This document shows positions 45,451-59,500 of a stretch of 64,000 nucleotides of DNA, one piece after another; position 1 is the first letter of the stretch; the number at the start of each line of letters is the position of its first letter. The notes beneath the pieces are model-generated. The model saw nothing but the letters and a program-made list of their open reading frames with translations, did not search any database and was not told the DNA's origin. Both the position numbers and the translations under genes were made by a program. The stretch spans positions 11,346,001 through 11,410,000 of the forward strand of contig CM102290.1 in the NCBI GenBank assembly GCA_046563655.1, in the 5' to 3' direction. The stretch is from Yuukianura sp. NJ FZ-2021 (lineage: Eukaryota).

Positions 45451-48400
45451 CTGGAGGTCATAAATCCTGAGAAAGACGTGATGGGCTCATAAGGACCAAC
45501 GATTACAACTACAAGCCACTTCCACGTCCATTAATAAAGTGGCCCAACATCTTTTATAGCTCCAAAACCAGAGCCACTTAGCACAGACACACATTCCTTC
45601 CCACCCCTCCAGCCCTTCTCGGGTGTCACTTTCACTTTTTCAAGAGCCTGTCTAATCCTAGCATCAACTCTGAATCAACCAAGGCGCAGAAATTACAAAC
45701 CGAACAATCCAATCGTATTCAAAATTTGCAAAAATTGATTTCATAGGATTACAATTACAATTACAAAGTCTTCGTGAAATTTTGATGCTGGAAACTAAAA
45801 ATAATTTTTTTTTAGAAAATACACTATGTATAATTTCGTAGATATGGATTCGATTGGTACGGAGAAGCTCCTATTTTTAAACTGCGCAGCAATTTCATAT
45901 TTTTTCTCCATTAGCGCATGCTCGTTTTTGGAACTTTCGAATAATATTGTTTTTCTTCATCCCGAACGCATTTCTGTACAAACTATTTGCAGTTCTTGTA
46001 CTTGGCTTATGTGCAACTTTGTACAATATGTAAATGTTTTATTTTTATCGAATGAGCGCATGTGCATGTAGATCATGTAGACCATGATCTTCCGTGATCT
46101 TGAAATCTGTGACTTCCTAGTTTCGGGAGATGGGTTTGATGAGTAGGGTGAACCTTGTAATTTTCCAATTTGCCTACACTAACTGTTGCATTATTCCTGT
46201 GCATTCTGTGTCATGTAAGGTACAGAGTTCCTTGAACTGTGCTAATGGTTGTGCTGGACTCTGGTTACATCCAAAGAGAGAACAAGTGAATGTATTCTAA
46301 AGTAGTTACCGGATGTGACCTCCGGCCAACAATCCACGGATCATACAAATGTCTCTGCATAATTCACGGCTATTCTGGGCGAAGCATGCGGACAGGAGCG
46401 TGTCACAATTCACATCTCAACAATCGTCATCCTCTCGAGTCTCTACGCACAGGCGCACAATTTCCTCAACAACCGGAAATAGCCAAACGAGGAAAGTCCA
46501 TCCATAACATAACGTCTGTAACATAACGTAACATCCATTGTTTGGAGCCTGGAGTCGAACGTTGACCAAGTTCAAAAATATGTGTCACTGGTTACTTCGA
46601 TTTTGTCTTGTTGACTTCTTTGATGTTGACAAAGTTGCAAAAACAATCAATTTTAATATGAACTTCTTTGCTATTAAGCTATTTCCACTCGACTAATTTT
46701 TAGAACAACGCTAATGTTTTTAGACATATTATTTTTGGAGCAAGTTTTTTGAATTTTTTTTTTACCGAAATCTTGACAAGACAAAGCAACTGAAATAATT
46801 TGGATAGAAATTTCGGTTTTGATGAAATTTTGAGAGTTTGTGACATGGAAAAATTTTTGTGTGACATTTTGAATTTTGGAAAACTTGGAAAGAGGAAATA
46901 TGTAACAAAATTTTGAGCGAGAAGAGAAGACAAAGCGAAATGGAACACGAAAGGAGAAATGTTCGCCAAAAAAAAATTTGAAAAACAAACCGGGTTTGCT
47001 CGGTTGCCGATTTCTGTTTGACCTTGGATTGATTTTAATTTTTTAGTTTTCAAAAGTTTTGAAAGTTTAAACAATAGTTGGAATTAGTGATGTGCTTGAC
47101 AGATGAATTGTGAATTGATGTTGTAGTTGATGCGGATGAGGGGAGTGGAGTTGTTGATCTTGTGGGACCTCGTGGGGCGTGAAATGATCCTCCAGAAAGA
47201 GGAAATTGTCTGAATGTCAGAAGATGAGTGGGTTCTGACATGCGACTCTCTCGGCTTCTAAATTATTTACAATTTCCCACTACTTCCATTCATAATATTC
47301 ATAATTCTTAAGTCCCCTCCCACCCCTTGAGTGACTGACCCCAGAGAGGCAGGGGGTACTTGGGTGACAGTGTCACTTTCAGAGTGATTTGTGGGTCGTG
47401 TCAATTCACCCACGGGTATCAGGTTCCATCGAATTCCAACATTCCTTCAGCAAAAATATTACGCTTTACTCATTCACACCAAACGAAGGAAATAAGTTCA
47501 TAAGAAAATCTGGAGTGAATTAAAATTTTGCCGAAGTTTTATGGCCAAAAAGTTAACATAGGAAATTAAGAGAAAAAAACTGACATGCGTATTCAAAACT
47601 GATGAAGACAATTCAGAAATTTGTTCAAAATTTGATAGTAGGATCTTTTTTAAATTTAAAAAGGAATAGCTTTGGCTCCAAAATTTTATACGTTTCATAT
47701 ACAGAAGAGTAGAGTTTACACATGTCACAGAATTACAATTTCCAAAATTCGAGTGAAAATGAAAAAAAAAACTACAAAAATTGCAGCGAAAGAAAATTTA
47801 GAAATTTTTGTCACTACCAACTTCAAAATTTACAACTTCCTTTGAAAACGGGTTTGGCATAAGTTTAGTGTAGTTAAAAAATTTTGTAGAGAGGATTTCC
47901 TCAATAAATTTGACAATCAACCTTGACTAATATTTGCAAAATCTCGTGTTCTGTGCATGCAAGGTGTTTTGGTTTTCCAAAAAGTGAAAACTTTTAGCTT
48001 TCTTTTGAAATTCTTCCTCATTTAATTTTTGACGAAAATAGTTAGATTTGCTCATATAAGTTTTCCTTTTCCACATCGAATTGATTCGAGGGCCCTAAAT
48101 CTTAAAAGGAAGTAGACCACACAAGGCCGCAGAGAACCAGCAGTGTTGAGGGGTCATAAAAGTGTTGGGACTTTATGAGGGGGCCCTTGACCCAGGTTCC
48201 CTTCGGTCCAGAATAGCACAACCAGACACACATGGACGGGCGTCTTGGAATTACATCACCTAACTATCGTCTATCCTACGAATAATACATAAATCAAGGT
48301 TCGTAGACAAAAAGAAAACTTTTTCTACACCAGGTTGTCCAATAACTCGAAGTTTAAAATTTGTTTGAAGGTAGCAAATCTGCCTTTCCATGGTAATTTT

Positions 48401-51400
48401 TTGCAATCTAAATGGGATTGGTGCTAAAAGTTGTTTGAAGCAAGATTTTTGAAAACCCTGAGTTATTGGACAACCTATTGTAGGAAATCCAATATGGTTG
48501 TCATGGAACCTTGACATAAATGGTCGTCTATTTCTTGCCGTTCAGAAATCTCCTGGAATCGGGCGTAGACCCTTAATTTATGAACTGAATGAAATCGGAA
48601 AATTCTTTATTAAATGGTATTAAGGGCCCCTCTGCCCGAAAAGTCTTTTGAGCCATAAACCGTTGCATGAACTCTCAGAACACTTAATCTACCCCGCCCC
48701 TTTCTGGAGTAAGAGTCCAATTCCAAACATTTTATTGACACAAAGTCTCCCCCCTGACACAGAGACAGACTTTTGTATTTGACAAGTAAAATGCCTTTCC
48801 TTGTCACGGTTGTGGGTCGTGGCGGTTGATTTCGAAGTTTCCAACTTTCCCCTCCAGAAAAAGTGGACTTTTGTGACATCAGTGATAACGTTTTGAGTCA
48901 CAGAGAAAAAAAAGACCGCCACCGGGAACGGAACTCGTGGCCTTGTCTAAAGCGTAAGTGGATTTGACACCTTCCTAATTGCTTCATCTCACCTGGTCTA
49001 TCGCTTTTACTTTTTTTGGAATAGGACTTTGACGTAACACACAAAAAAAAGTTAATCTAATCTCAGAACAAAACTAGGGAATTTTGAAACTCAATTTTTA
49101 ATTAAACCTTAAACAAACATAAAATGCGCCACGGTTGAGTCCATTTCAAAAGTTTTAGAAAAAAAAATGTCTGCTTAAATTCAGTGAATTTCAGAGTTTG
49201 TCACAAAAACGCAAAGCAAATTTGAAAATAGTTGTACAGAGCTTAAATCAATTCACAAGTTCAAAAAATTCAAAATTGTTTGGAAAATTCTCTTTCTTTA
49301 ATAAAAATATCTTCTTTTTTTTAAATAAAAAAAACTGTTATGTATTCGATTGATTCTTTAGTGTATCTATGAAAAGAATTCCATAAAGAAATTGTTCAGA
49401 TTAGAACTCAAAATTTAAAATTTTCTGGTCTGAAATTTTGGTTTTGAGTTTGGTATTACGGTTTAAGTGAATTTTTTTCTTAACTTAACCGGGAAGGTGT
49501 GAAGTATTTTCACACTTCGACGGAGCCCCACCCATTTTCGTGCAAAAAGTTTTGCTGCTGCTCACTCTGTTTACTTTTGACTTGCACTTTATTTTGCTCA
49601 ATTTCCAAAGCCACGCCCAGCGACGCGCTTCATTTCACTTCAAAAGCTTCTGAACCGAAAAAAAAGTTTAAAGAAATGAAAAATGGGGCTAAAACGACGC
49701 TAAAGTTTAACAAGTTGAGTCAAAACAACTAAATTGTTTCAAAAAAATCGAAAAAGAAGTTTTGTAGTCTATGATTTTGTGATTCACCGTTCAAAATCTG
49801 TTGTTTTAGCACCAACTAAAACATGAATGGAAACGGCGCCTCCATTCAAATTTTTAAAATTTGAATTTCCCTTCATTTCAAAACCTAATTTCTGCTCCCT
49901 CATTTCCATTTCCGCTCTTTAGCGTCTTCTTTCTTTTTTTTTCTTTTTTCGTCACGCTCAAGTAGAACAGGACACAAGTCCTTCTGTCGTTCGTAAGGAG
50001 AATTAGTGAAGCTTAAGAAACACTTCAATGGCCCCACCAAACCCACCATCCCTGTATCCCACCATCTAAAAGCCCCACCGCCACCCATCCTTAAACTTGG
50101 AAAGAAATAAAACTTCAGGATCCAAATCCATAAGTTTTGACTAAAACTGAAAAAATTTATGCCCATTTTGCACGAAAAACTTTTAATTTTTTTCTGTTTT
50201 TGTTGTCTATGTTTTGTTTTTTTCAACAGCATTTACCTTGAAAAAACTATGACGTCCGTAATTCGGTTTTTTAGAAAAAGGAACTTTTCTTTGTAACTAG
50301 AACTGAGCGTCTTTGATTAAATTCGGAACGGTTTTCGTTGTTTAAGTTTAAAATTGAAAGTGGGTGGGCCCTTAGAGGACCCTTCACACCATAGGCGTGT
50401 GTCCTTTGAATTTGAAGAAACTTTTTTCAAGATTAGAATCCAAACGTAGGCGAGGAAGGACAAGACAAGAAGGTGAGGGGCCCTTAACTCCCTTCTCATC
50501 CAGAACATCATTTAAAAGAGAAGACTTGAAGGGAACCCTTTGGTCAACCGATGATTTGTCACCCAGCGACCACCGATTTTCTGGATCCAACCAAAAATAG
50601 ACCAGGGAAATTCAAAGTGTCATTTCACATGGAGTCCCCTTAAGTCCTCTCCAGAAATCACTTTTGGGCTCCAAGGGAGGGCCACACTGTGAGGTCCCTT
50701 AAGGAAAAATCCAATCAACTTTCTCAAGATCCAAATCAAAACGATTCTTACTATTATTTTAAATTTACAAAAAACAATTGATCTTGGATCTCATTAAAAG
50801 GTCTGGGTACTTATAACGGTAGGACTCCAAACCGGTACTTTTGTTTCGGTTTGTCAACCGGTACCTTAAATTCCGTCAACCGGCACAATACGTTCATTGT
50901 ATTCTTCTATTTTAAAAGTTTCGTATTCTCATTTTGAAAACTTTTTTCACAAAATTTTAAAAATACGCTAATCATTTCGGGTTGACAAACGCTCGGGATA
51001 GTTTATTTTTTAAATTAAAGCACAAAAATTGTTCAAATTTTTTGAAAATTTTGTATTTGAAAATGGAAAGTAGAGTTGCATTAATCGACGCCAGGGGCCC
51101 TTAAATAGGCAAACGAAAAAAGGAGAAACGAATTTATGCCTTTCATGGCACCCGCCGCTTCGTATGCCCTCCCGCCTCCCTTCCCAGTCAGTGTCAAAGG
51201 CTTTTAGGAAGATCAGCATAAAAGTTTTAAAGGGACGTTGATTTATGTCAGCCTTTCCGGGGGTAATAATGACATGACCTTTGACCTCTACCACAAAAGT
51301 ATTGGAAACGCGAAGGTCAGTCCATGTCATTTCCTAACGTACTGTTTTCCAGGTCAAATAGAACACTAAAAAAGCCTTTGTTGCCCGATGCCTTAAAAAA

Positions 51401-54400
51401 CAAGAGATGCTAGAGGAGGAGGGGTCGTAGAGAAAATGTCGACAAGATGTAATGAAGTCTGTCATAAAAATTTCATTTTCGAAATAAAAAAGTAACATTT
51501 TTTAAAACTTTGTTTTTCATTTGTTTCAGATTGCCAAAATCGACAAAGCTTGAAAAAGAAAACAGCAAATAAAAAGCAAATAAAAATATATATTTCGTGT
51601 TGAATTATTTTAATAGTTGTCTAATTCTTCTGTGTTTTGAATAAGACTTTCGTTGCGAATTTTAAGGTTCTTTGTTTGCTTTAGTTTAAAAAAGTTCTTG
51701 CTTGCCACAAATGAAAATTAAACTCTTTTCCTTTTTTTGAAAAATAGTTTTCAAGTAAAAAAGTTTTTTGAGCGGAATTTTTGAAAAGGTTTGAAAATGA
51801 GACGTCGTAGACGTTAGTACTCGAATGAATTTTGACGTTTCGGCTCACGGCCTTTTTAGCCCAAAATGGACAAAAATTGAACCAAAAATTGTTAAGTACA
51901 AAAGAAGAAGAAATGATTGAAACAAGCCACAGTGGGGTGCACTTCAACCAGAACTTGACGGAACATGACATATCAAAAAGTGGAAAGTAACATTTTAGGA
52001 GAAAAAAAAACTCAAAAAATATTTTTTTGAAGTTTGAAACTTTTTTTTGAAAAGTGCGGAGTTGATAAAGTTGTCAGTGCTTAGGATAGTTGCCACTTGA
52101 GTTGGAATGTGGATGTCAAAGGGGTTAAGGGCTCCTATGAGTGACATTTTTACTGTCACCGATCCATCTCAGGTCTAATTGGACGGAGAGGGAATTTTTG
52201 AAAGTAGACATCTTCATACTACGTTAGGTTAGTTAGGCTACTAACCTAACTTTGGAATTTTATCCTAAATCAACCTAACTGTCCTCACCCTCTCGTCACT
52301 TTCTTCTCGTCGAGGTGGTGGGTCTCACCTTCAGTGGAAAATGTCATGTCCAAAACATAATTACTTTCACCACCTTGTATGTGTCAAAAACCACATTTTC
52401 CATCAAGATCAAGTAGTGTAGTGGCACCAGAAATTAAAAAAAAAGACATCAAAATCAAAATTTCCTTTTTTCAAATCTCAGAAATCAATTTTTTTTTCCA
52501 AAAACACCGGAATTATATTGGAAGGTTGCAATCACTTTCACCTTCACTTTCACTTCAGACTGAAAAGCGCTACTGAAAAATCAAGCGGAAACTCAATAAA
52601 TATCATTAGCTAAGCAACTAAAATTAAAACCTTTATCTAAAAATTCTAAAGTATAATTTGGAAAAGTTTTTCTTTACTGTTTACTTTTTTAATAAAACAT
52701 AAAAGAAAGTATAACATATGATGGAGAGAAAACGTCCTTAAGAGGCCTCGGACGAGTGGAGGCCCAAGACGTGCTTTCTTCTGTATTTTTTTTACACTGA
52801 GTAATGTTGTTTGAACAATTTCGTCGTTTTGAAAGAAATTTCAATTGTGAAAGATTCTACGGTGGTTTTGTGCTTTTATGAATACGACGCAAAAACATTT
52901 TCCATTGATGACGAATTGCTCAACACTCACGAAAGCTTTAAACGTAACTATTCATCTAGAACCTGAAAATGAAAAGACTAGAAGTAATTTTTTCTAAATC
53001 TACTACAATAAATAAAATTTTAACTTTCAAAATTGTTTATCAAAAAATGAATCCAGCAGGTAAAATGATCTTGTTAACTGAACATTTCACACCTTGTCGA
53101 CCAACAGCACCTAACCTATTAACAAGAGCATTGAGGAAAGCATTTGTGATCTCTGTTGCTACAAACCATGAACAATGAAGGCAAGAACCGTGGCCTCCTC
53201 GTACTGCATTCGGCGCCACCTTTGAATTTTGAAAAGTAAAACTTGAATTTAGCGCCAGGTGGAGTCTCACCTTTGGTGCTCAACTTACGGCTTGGGAAAA
53301 AAGTTATGACTTGGAAGATTGAAGTGGGGCAATGTGGGACTGTTCTGGCTGAGGTGGGGCACCGTGGGACTGTTGTGTTTGATTGATGAAGGCCTGAAAT
53401 GCTCATTCATCAATCTCTCAGCATCTCCTCAGTCTCATTACCCCTCTCATTAACTTACCTGGTCGGTGGGACTGCAAAAACAAAAGAAAAACTGCCTTTC
53501 TTTCCATAATGATCCAGAAAAATACAAAAAAAAAATCTTAAAACATTTTTAAAATTTTCTGTTTTTTTAGAAATAGTTACTGCTTCTTTAATTTAATAAC
53601 AAAAGTATGTAATAATACATGCATAAACTCAAAGCATTTATATTATTTTAAGAGTTAGAACAGTTTTTTGACGAAAATGTAAATTTTAGGTGGGAATTTA
53701 AAACAGTTTCCTACTTTTGTGATTCAGGAAACAAAAAAAAACAAGTTGTGAAAGGTACTTTCACCTTTAAAAGAAACCTCCGCAATTTCAACGCCCTCAG
53801 ACTCAATTTCATTCAAAATTGTATGAGATTTTTCAAACATTTTGTCATCATCAATCTCCATACACAGAAAATTCAACCGGGATTCTACCAACTTGGTCAC
53901 AATGGCTTACAGTTCAGTTTATATTTCAATTTTATCATAGTTTTCAATGTAATAAGGTCAAAAACAATTTCCTCAAAAAGGTAAAAGGTCAAAAAGTGAG
54001 ATCAAACATAAAAAAGCGATAATCAAACCTAACATACTAATTTGTAACGGTTGACATTTTCACCTTTTCACATTTTTACTTCTTGACCTTTTCACTTTTT
54101 GGTCAAATTATTCTGACCATTTCATTTGCTTTATGTATATGCTTAGTATATGTTTTTGAATTCAATTATTTGAATATTTTTATTTCATTTTCATTTAAAT
54201 TAGAAACACAAGAAAAAATTAAATTCCAAATTAAGAATACTTAAATCACTGAAATTAAAATTAGACAAAGATTGAAATGAATTGAGCTGCATGTGAGTTG
54301 TGGGAAGGTGGACTTGGAATTGGATTTGAGGTAATTGGTGAGTGTGTCTGTGCTATTGATTGCAGGGGGTAGTTTTGTGGGGGAGGGGGATGAAATGTAT

Positions 54401-54619
54401 TGTTTTGAGAGGGGTGAGATGAAATGGAAAGTGGGGTGGGGAGAGGCACCTCTTGGCTGGATCAGATCAGCAGAAGCAGATCAGTTCTTGGATCTTGGAA
54501 GCTCAGTCGCATCCAACAGTCACGCAACAAACATCTCCAGATATCCAACACTGCTTCTGCAAATGGACGCAAAACACAAGTAGACTCTTGGACTAAAGAC
54601 ATTCAAACAGGAGGACGCC

Positions 54620-55856
54620 ATGTCCACAGAAATATCTTACTTCCACGATGTACGTCATCGCATTTAAAACAATTTAATACAGCATTTAATACAGATTTTT
54701 GCATTTTTTCAAGTTCTAAAAATTTTTAGGTATATCTGTGTGATTTCATTTTAGTCCTAACAATTTTAACATTCTTTCTTGATTTTAACTAAGTTTTCAT
54801 ATAATTTACATTTTGTAACGTTTTTTATATTTTCTACTTTCGGACTTTTTAACGATATTTTGCAAAACATTTTTGGTATTTGCTTTGATGTTTTGTAGAG
54901 TAAAAAATATGTGGTAATTTCATTTTTTGGAACTACAAAATTTAATTTTTTTTGAAAAATAGATGTGGCAAGACATCGAAAGTGTTCTCTTAGGAGAAGT
55001 ATCTTCGGACACTTCCCTAGGTCAACCCAGTGACCCCTCAAGTCCCCCCGCCTCCTCCAATTCATCCACCAGCAGTCGAGCTTCCCCGCCTCTTCTTCTT
55101 AAGGAAGAAACCCACCATGGCTATGGCGGTGGTGGGGCCAGTGAAAGTCAGGCCACACCCGCCGAGGACTACATTGACCTCGACCTCCTCATTCATCGAG
55201 CAGCCGAAGATCTTTCACCGTACTTCCCCATCCCACCTCCCGTGGGACATCTACAACTTCAACTTCCGCCACCCGCCCCACCAAATCCCACCTCCAGTTC
55301 CCACTTCATTCCCCACCAACTACATCACCAAATGTCGCCACCAGCAAGTCCTGCAGACAGTTGCCCTTCTCCAACAAAGTCTGGACCGGGTCCCGGTGGG
55401 GGCGGGGGTGGGCCGCTCCCGCCTATTCATTCCTTTACACAACGAGTGCTCCCACCCAAGAGCCCCACCATGACAACGCCCCCCATTTCTCCGTCAAGTG
55501 CTCACCCTGCTCTAGTCCCACCAAAGTCAGACGTCACTGGCCCCACCATGACAGTCAAAAGGCCCCGCCGAGGGTGGGCCCGCAAGAAGGTGACTATGCA
55601 TACGTGCTCACATCCAGGTTGTTCCAAAACCTATACAAAGTCGTCCCACCTAAAGGCCCACCTTCGGACCCACACTGGGGAGAAACCGTACCAGTGCAAT
55701 TGGAAAGGCTGCGGATGGAAGTTTGCTCGCTCAGACGAACTGACACGACATTACAGAAAACATACCGGTGACAGACCTTTCCACTGTCGTCTTTGTGACC
55801 GTGCCTTTTCACGGTCCGATCATCTCTCACTACACATGCGCAGACATGTCGTCTGA
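54620..55856 (+). CDS. KLF1/2/4: Kruppel-like factor, KLF1/2/4 class, paralog C (307 aa)
   Basis: Exon 54620-54649 ([10 protein letters not shown], donor GTACGT) plus exon 54963-55856. [10 protein letters not shown] motif, basic [11 protein letters not shown] and three KLF fingers. Inr TCAGTT at 54481 and GT-box GGGGTGGGG at ~54433. Confidence 0.9.
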
Positions 55857-56359
55857 ACAGAAACGTTGAATTCACACCAAAAAGTTTGAAGAATTTGTGC
55901 TAAAAAGTTTTAAAATTCCCGATGAAAAAGATCGAGTGTAATCTGCCATTTTTTAGTTTTCTGTTTAGTCAGTTCCGAAAGAGGGTAAAAAGAACAGAAT
56001 TCGTTGTGATTTCTTTGTGATTTCCGTGACTAAAAGCGAGAACAATCGTCGGAATGCGGATTTTTCCAGAGTAAACATTTCTGGATAAAAGGAGCAATTT
56101 TGAAAAGTTTAATTTTGAAAAGTTTGATTCTGATGAGTTGAATTTTGAAAGTGAAAGTGAAACTGTTACCACACCGAACTGTTCTTTTTTAAATGAGCTT
56201 TTAATTTAGCAGTGTACGACGTATTTTTTGTGCTTCTTTTCTTCTAAACTGTCTACTATTTACCAATTTTGTGCAATCTAAAACTTTGAAGCAACTTTTG
56301 TGCTGAAATGGACTTTTGAAGCTGAAGGTTTTCTATTTGGAGAACGAAACTTTTCGAAA

Positions 56360-56510
56360 ATGATCTCCGAAACTTCATCACCCGAATCACCTCCACTCCA
56401 TCAGAAATTCCGTTTCCGAATTGACTCTGAACAATGCAAAATGTCCGATTGCGGAAAGAAATTCAGCAGTGTCTAAAAATCCGATATCGTCAGACACGTC
56501 GCCTAAAGTT
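56360..56510 (+). pseudogene. Possible decayed C2H2 zinc-finger coding fragment
   Basis: Frame from ATG 56360 reads ...EQCKMSDCGKKFSSV*KSDIVRHVA*, i.e. C-x4-C-GKKF...RH interrupted by stop codons. Confidence 0.3.
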
Positions 56511-59500
56511 GAAAGTTCGAATTTTTTATCTCGCTGGCAACTCCGATTTCTGAATTTCGGATTTCTGCTGTTCTTTGAAATATCCCATGCAGAACGTCAA
56601 ATCGTCAGAGTTAGGATGAAAACCGAAATTTTCCTACCGGAACATCGACTTCTGGACCTGGAGCTTCGTCGCCGAAAGTTCGTTCGGAAAATACCGAAAC
56701 CTGCTCATTTCATCGAAGAATCGCCAAACACCAATTGGAATAGAGTCATTATGCCTATGGGATCCAGAAGTGAAAGATGTTGGCGGGACTTTTGACAGTG
56801 ACATGTTTTTTCTTGTGTTAAAATTGAAAATGAAGACAAGATTTAGAGAGCAGACAAAAGAATTCGAGCAGTCGGACTCAAAGGAATCATTAGGCTGGAC
56901 AAAAGAAGTGGAATTGACTTGGATTCTGTCTTGTCATGCAAAAAAATATTCAACCCACAACAATTGAAACTCATATTTCAAGATACGATTGAAGATAAAG
57001 TACGAACAAACTTCATTTGAAATTAAGCGCCAATTCCAAAACATCCACTTCATTCCACTACCATCCAGGTACTACATTTCCCACAAAGAACTTTAAGGGA
57101 ATACCGAATCCCATTCACAATGCAAACAAGAAGGAAAACATACAAAACGATTCTTGTTCAAATTTTTTGAAATGAACAAAAGAACTAAACATTTTTTAAA
57201 AAGTTACGTCAAATAAAACAAACGAAAAAAAATTGGATGTCAATCCTAAAATCTTTCTTTAAAACGAGAAATTCTTGCTTCTGTTTGTATCCGGTTTACT
57301 AAAATTTCATTTCATAAAAATTTTCTGATCTTATCTTCGAAATGTTTTTTTTTAAATCAGTGAAATCGAAATTTTTATGAGAAAGGAATCAAAAAGTTGA
57401 TTTTTTTTCTTTTCAAAATCGAACCTTGTAAAAGTCCACAGTTTCCTTCTCTACTCAAAGTTTTATTTTTATTTTTCGTACTTTTTAAGTCAAAAATGAA
57501 TGTTGGGGAATTTGTGTTGTTGAAATTTGTATGAGGTCAGAGGTCAAAGTGAAGATCATTCTTTGGATGTGATCTTGTTCCTGGTTGTATTCTTCTCTAT
57601 TGTTCTTTGCCTATTGTTCTTTGAGAAACGGAAGGAAGACGGGAACTGTGCGCATGCGTGCGTCCAGATTTTGATCTCCTTTGCCCATACTGCTATTGTT
57701 TCCCTCAATCTTCCCGTTTTCAAGCAAAACTGCAACAATGATTCGTCTTCCTCATCTCCATCATCTGCCCAGACTCCAAATTTGTCCAAGTTCAAGGAAA
57801 CTTTAGCACCAAAATTCAAAAATTTCCTTCCTTTTTCCTTCCAAAATTCGACAAATCTGAAACAAAATAGTGATACAAAAGTGTTCAGGAATTCCAGGAA
57901 TACGAAAAACCTGTTTTTAAGACATGCAGTTTGGTTCCGTTTTCGGTTTTTACCCGAATCAGGGCGTTCCTCTGCACCCTAGTTCTAAATCTCGGAATCC
58001 CATTGGTCCGTGTCGCTCCGAAGCTCCGCCTCTTCCCGGGTAGAAAGTGAAAGAAGGACGAGGAATTTGTCTCAAGTTTAATTTTGTGTTGCAAAAGAGA
58101 TACTACACTTTGGCATGGATAGAATTTATGGGAGCCACCGTGGTGGGGCCTTGAGAGCCGCCTGAAACTGTTTTCTTCGTTAATTGAGTCGAAGCATGGA
58201 AGGTTGGAGTTTGTGTTTGGAAATCCTATTCGTGCTAGCCGTCCCTCTCTAATATTCCAAGTTTGAATTTCAATTTGATCTTATTTTCCCGGTCATTTTT
58301 CACCTGTAATTGTTACGTACCTGTAATTGTAAATGAACCCAGAGGAGATTTATATCTCACACTCCTGCTCATGCGCACTACCTCTCTCTGCTCCCAGAAC
58401 CAATTTAATATCAATTGTTCAACAAATCATTGTTTCCTATTACAATCCAGTCGAAGGACAACACAAATTTATGAGGTCAAAGTTACCATGCTCAAGTTCA
58501 GCTACTCAAAATCCTAAGGTCACTGCCCGCCAAAATTCAAAAAATAACCGAAACGAAATCAGAACAGGTTTATTCAAAATCAAAATCCAATTTGATTTTC
58601 AAAATTCAACAATTATATATTGATTGATTTTTTTTTGGTAAATTTGACTTGAAAAGCTAATATTGCGAACAGTAATTTCTAGTTTCACAAAACTGCAAAA
58701 CATTTCCTGCTAGAAAGGCTCTTTTGAAATTGCTAAACATTTTAAAAATGTAGAGAAATTATGAGTTTTTTTTAGAATTGCTTCAATTTTTCGCAAATTG
58801 CGTTCACTTTCCTTGCAACAGCTTCCAATTCAAAAAAAAATCACAAGGAATAACAAAAGCAAAAGAATTTTTTTTTGTGTGCAAATTCAGGAAAAAGTGT
58901 TTGCGCTTTGATTCCAGTTTGATGGTCTGCGCACATTTGCGTTAAACCGTCCAGCATAAAATTGCAGAATTGATGATGGTGAATCCGATTAGATTGAAGT
59001 AGATTAATGTAACAGAGGTGGTTGTGGTTTTGATTCCTGATTTGGTGTCATTGTTGAATCCTAAAATCCTGAATGATCCTGATGCCTGACTATTGTTATT
59101 CCTCCTGACACCTCTTAAGACTTGGACTTGTGTGAGGTTTGATTAATGGGCGAGACTCTGCAGGGAGTCCACTTCTTCTTAAGTCAACTCAAGGGACCAC
59201 GTAAGGGCTCAGTGTCACTCAAGGATCGCTACTTGTCCAGAAGCAGTTCACAGCACACGCTCAAGACTACTTGGAGTCAGATCACGTAACAAGCATTGCG
59301 CATGCGTACACAACATTTCCAAGTCACATCTTCCCTCATTCACAAAAATCTACAAGTCTTCATTTCCATTTTTTTATTTGAGGCAAAGCCAACAAAAAAC
59401 ACTCAAGTTATTTTTTTCAAATTATACAAAAATCAAAATTTTATAAGAAAATATTTCTCGCTAAATCTGTTTCAAAATCTCTTTCTGAGCTCATTTTCAA

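Noticed and set aside
52223..52250. GTTAGGTTAGT...ACTAACCTAAC hairpin and TTAGG-like words (also ~14780, 19200, 26170)
   Set aside because: Too short for interstitial telomeric arrays; common low-complexity motif.
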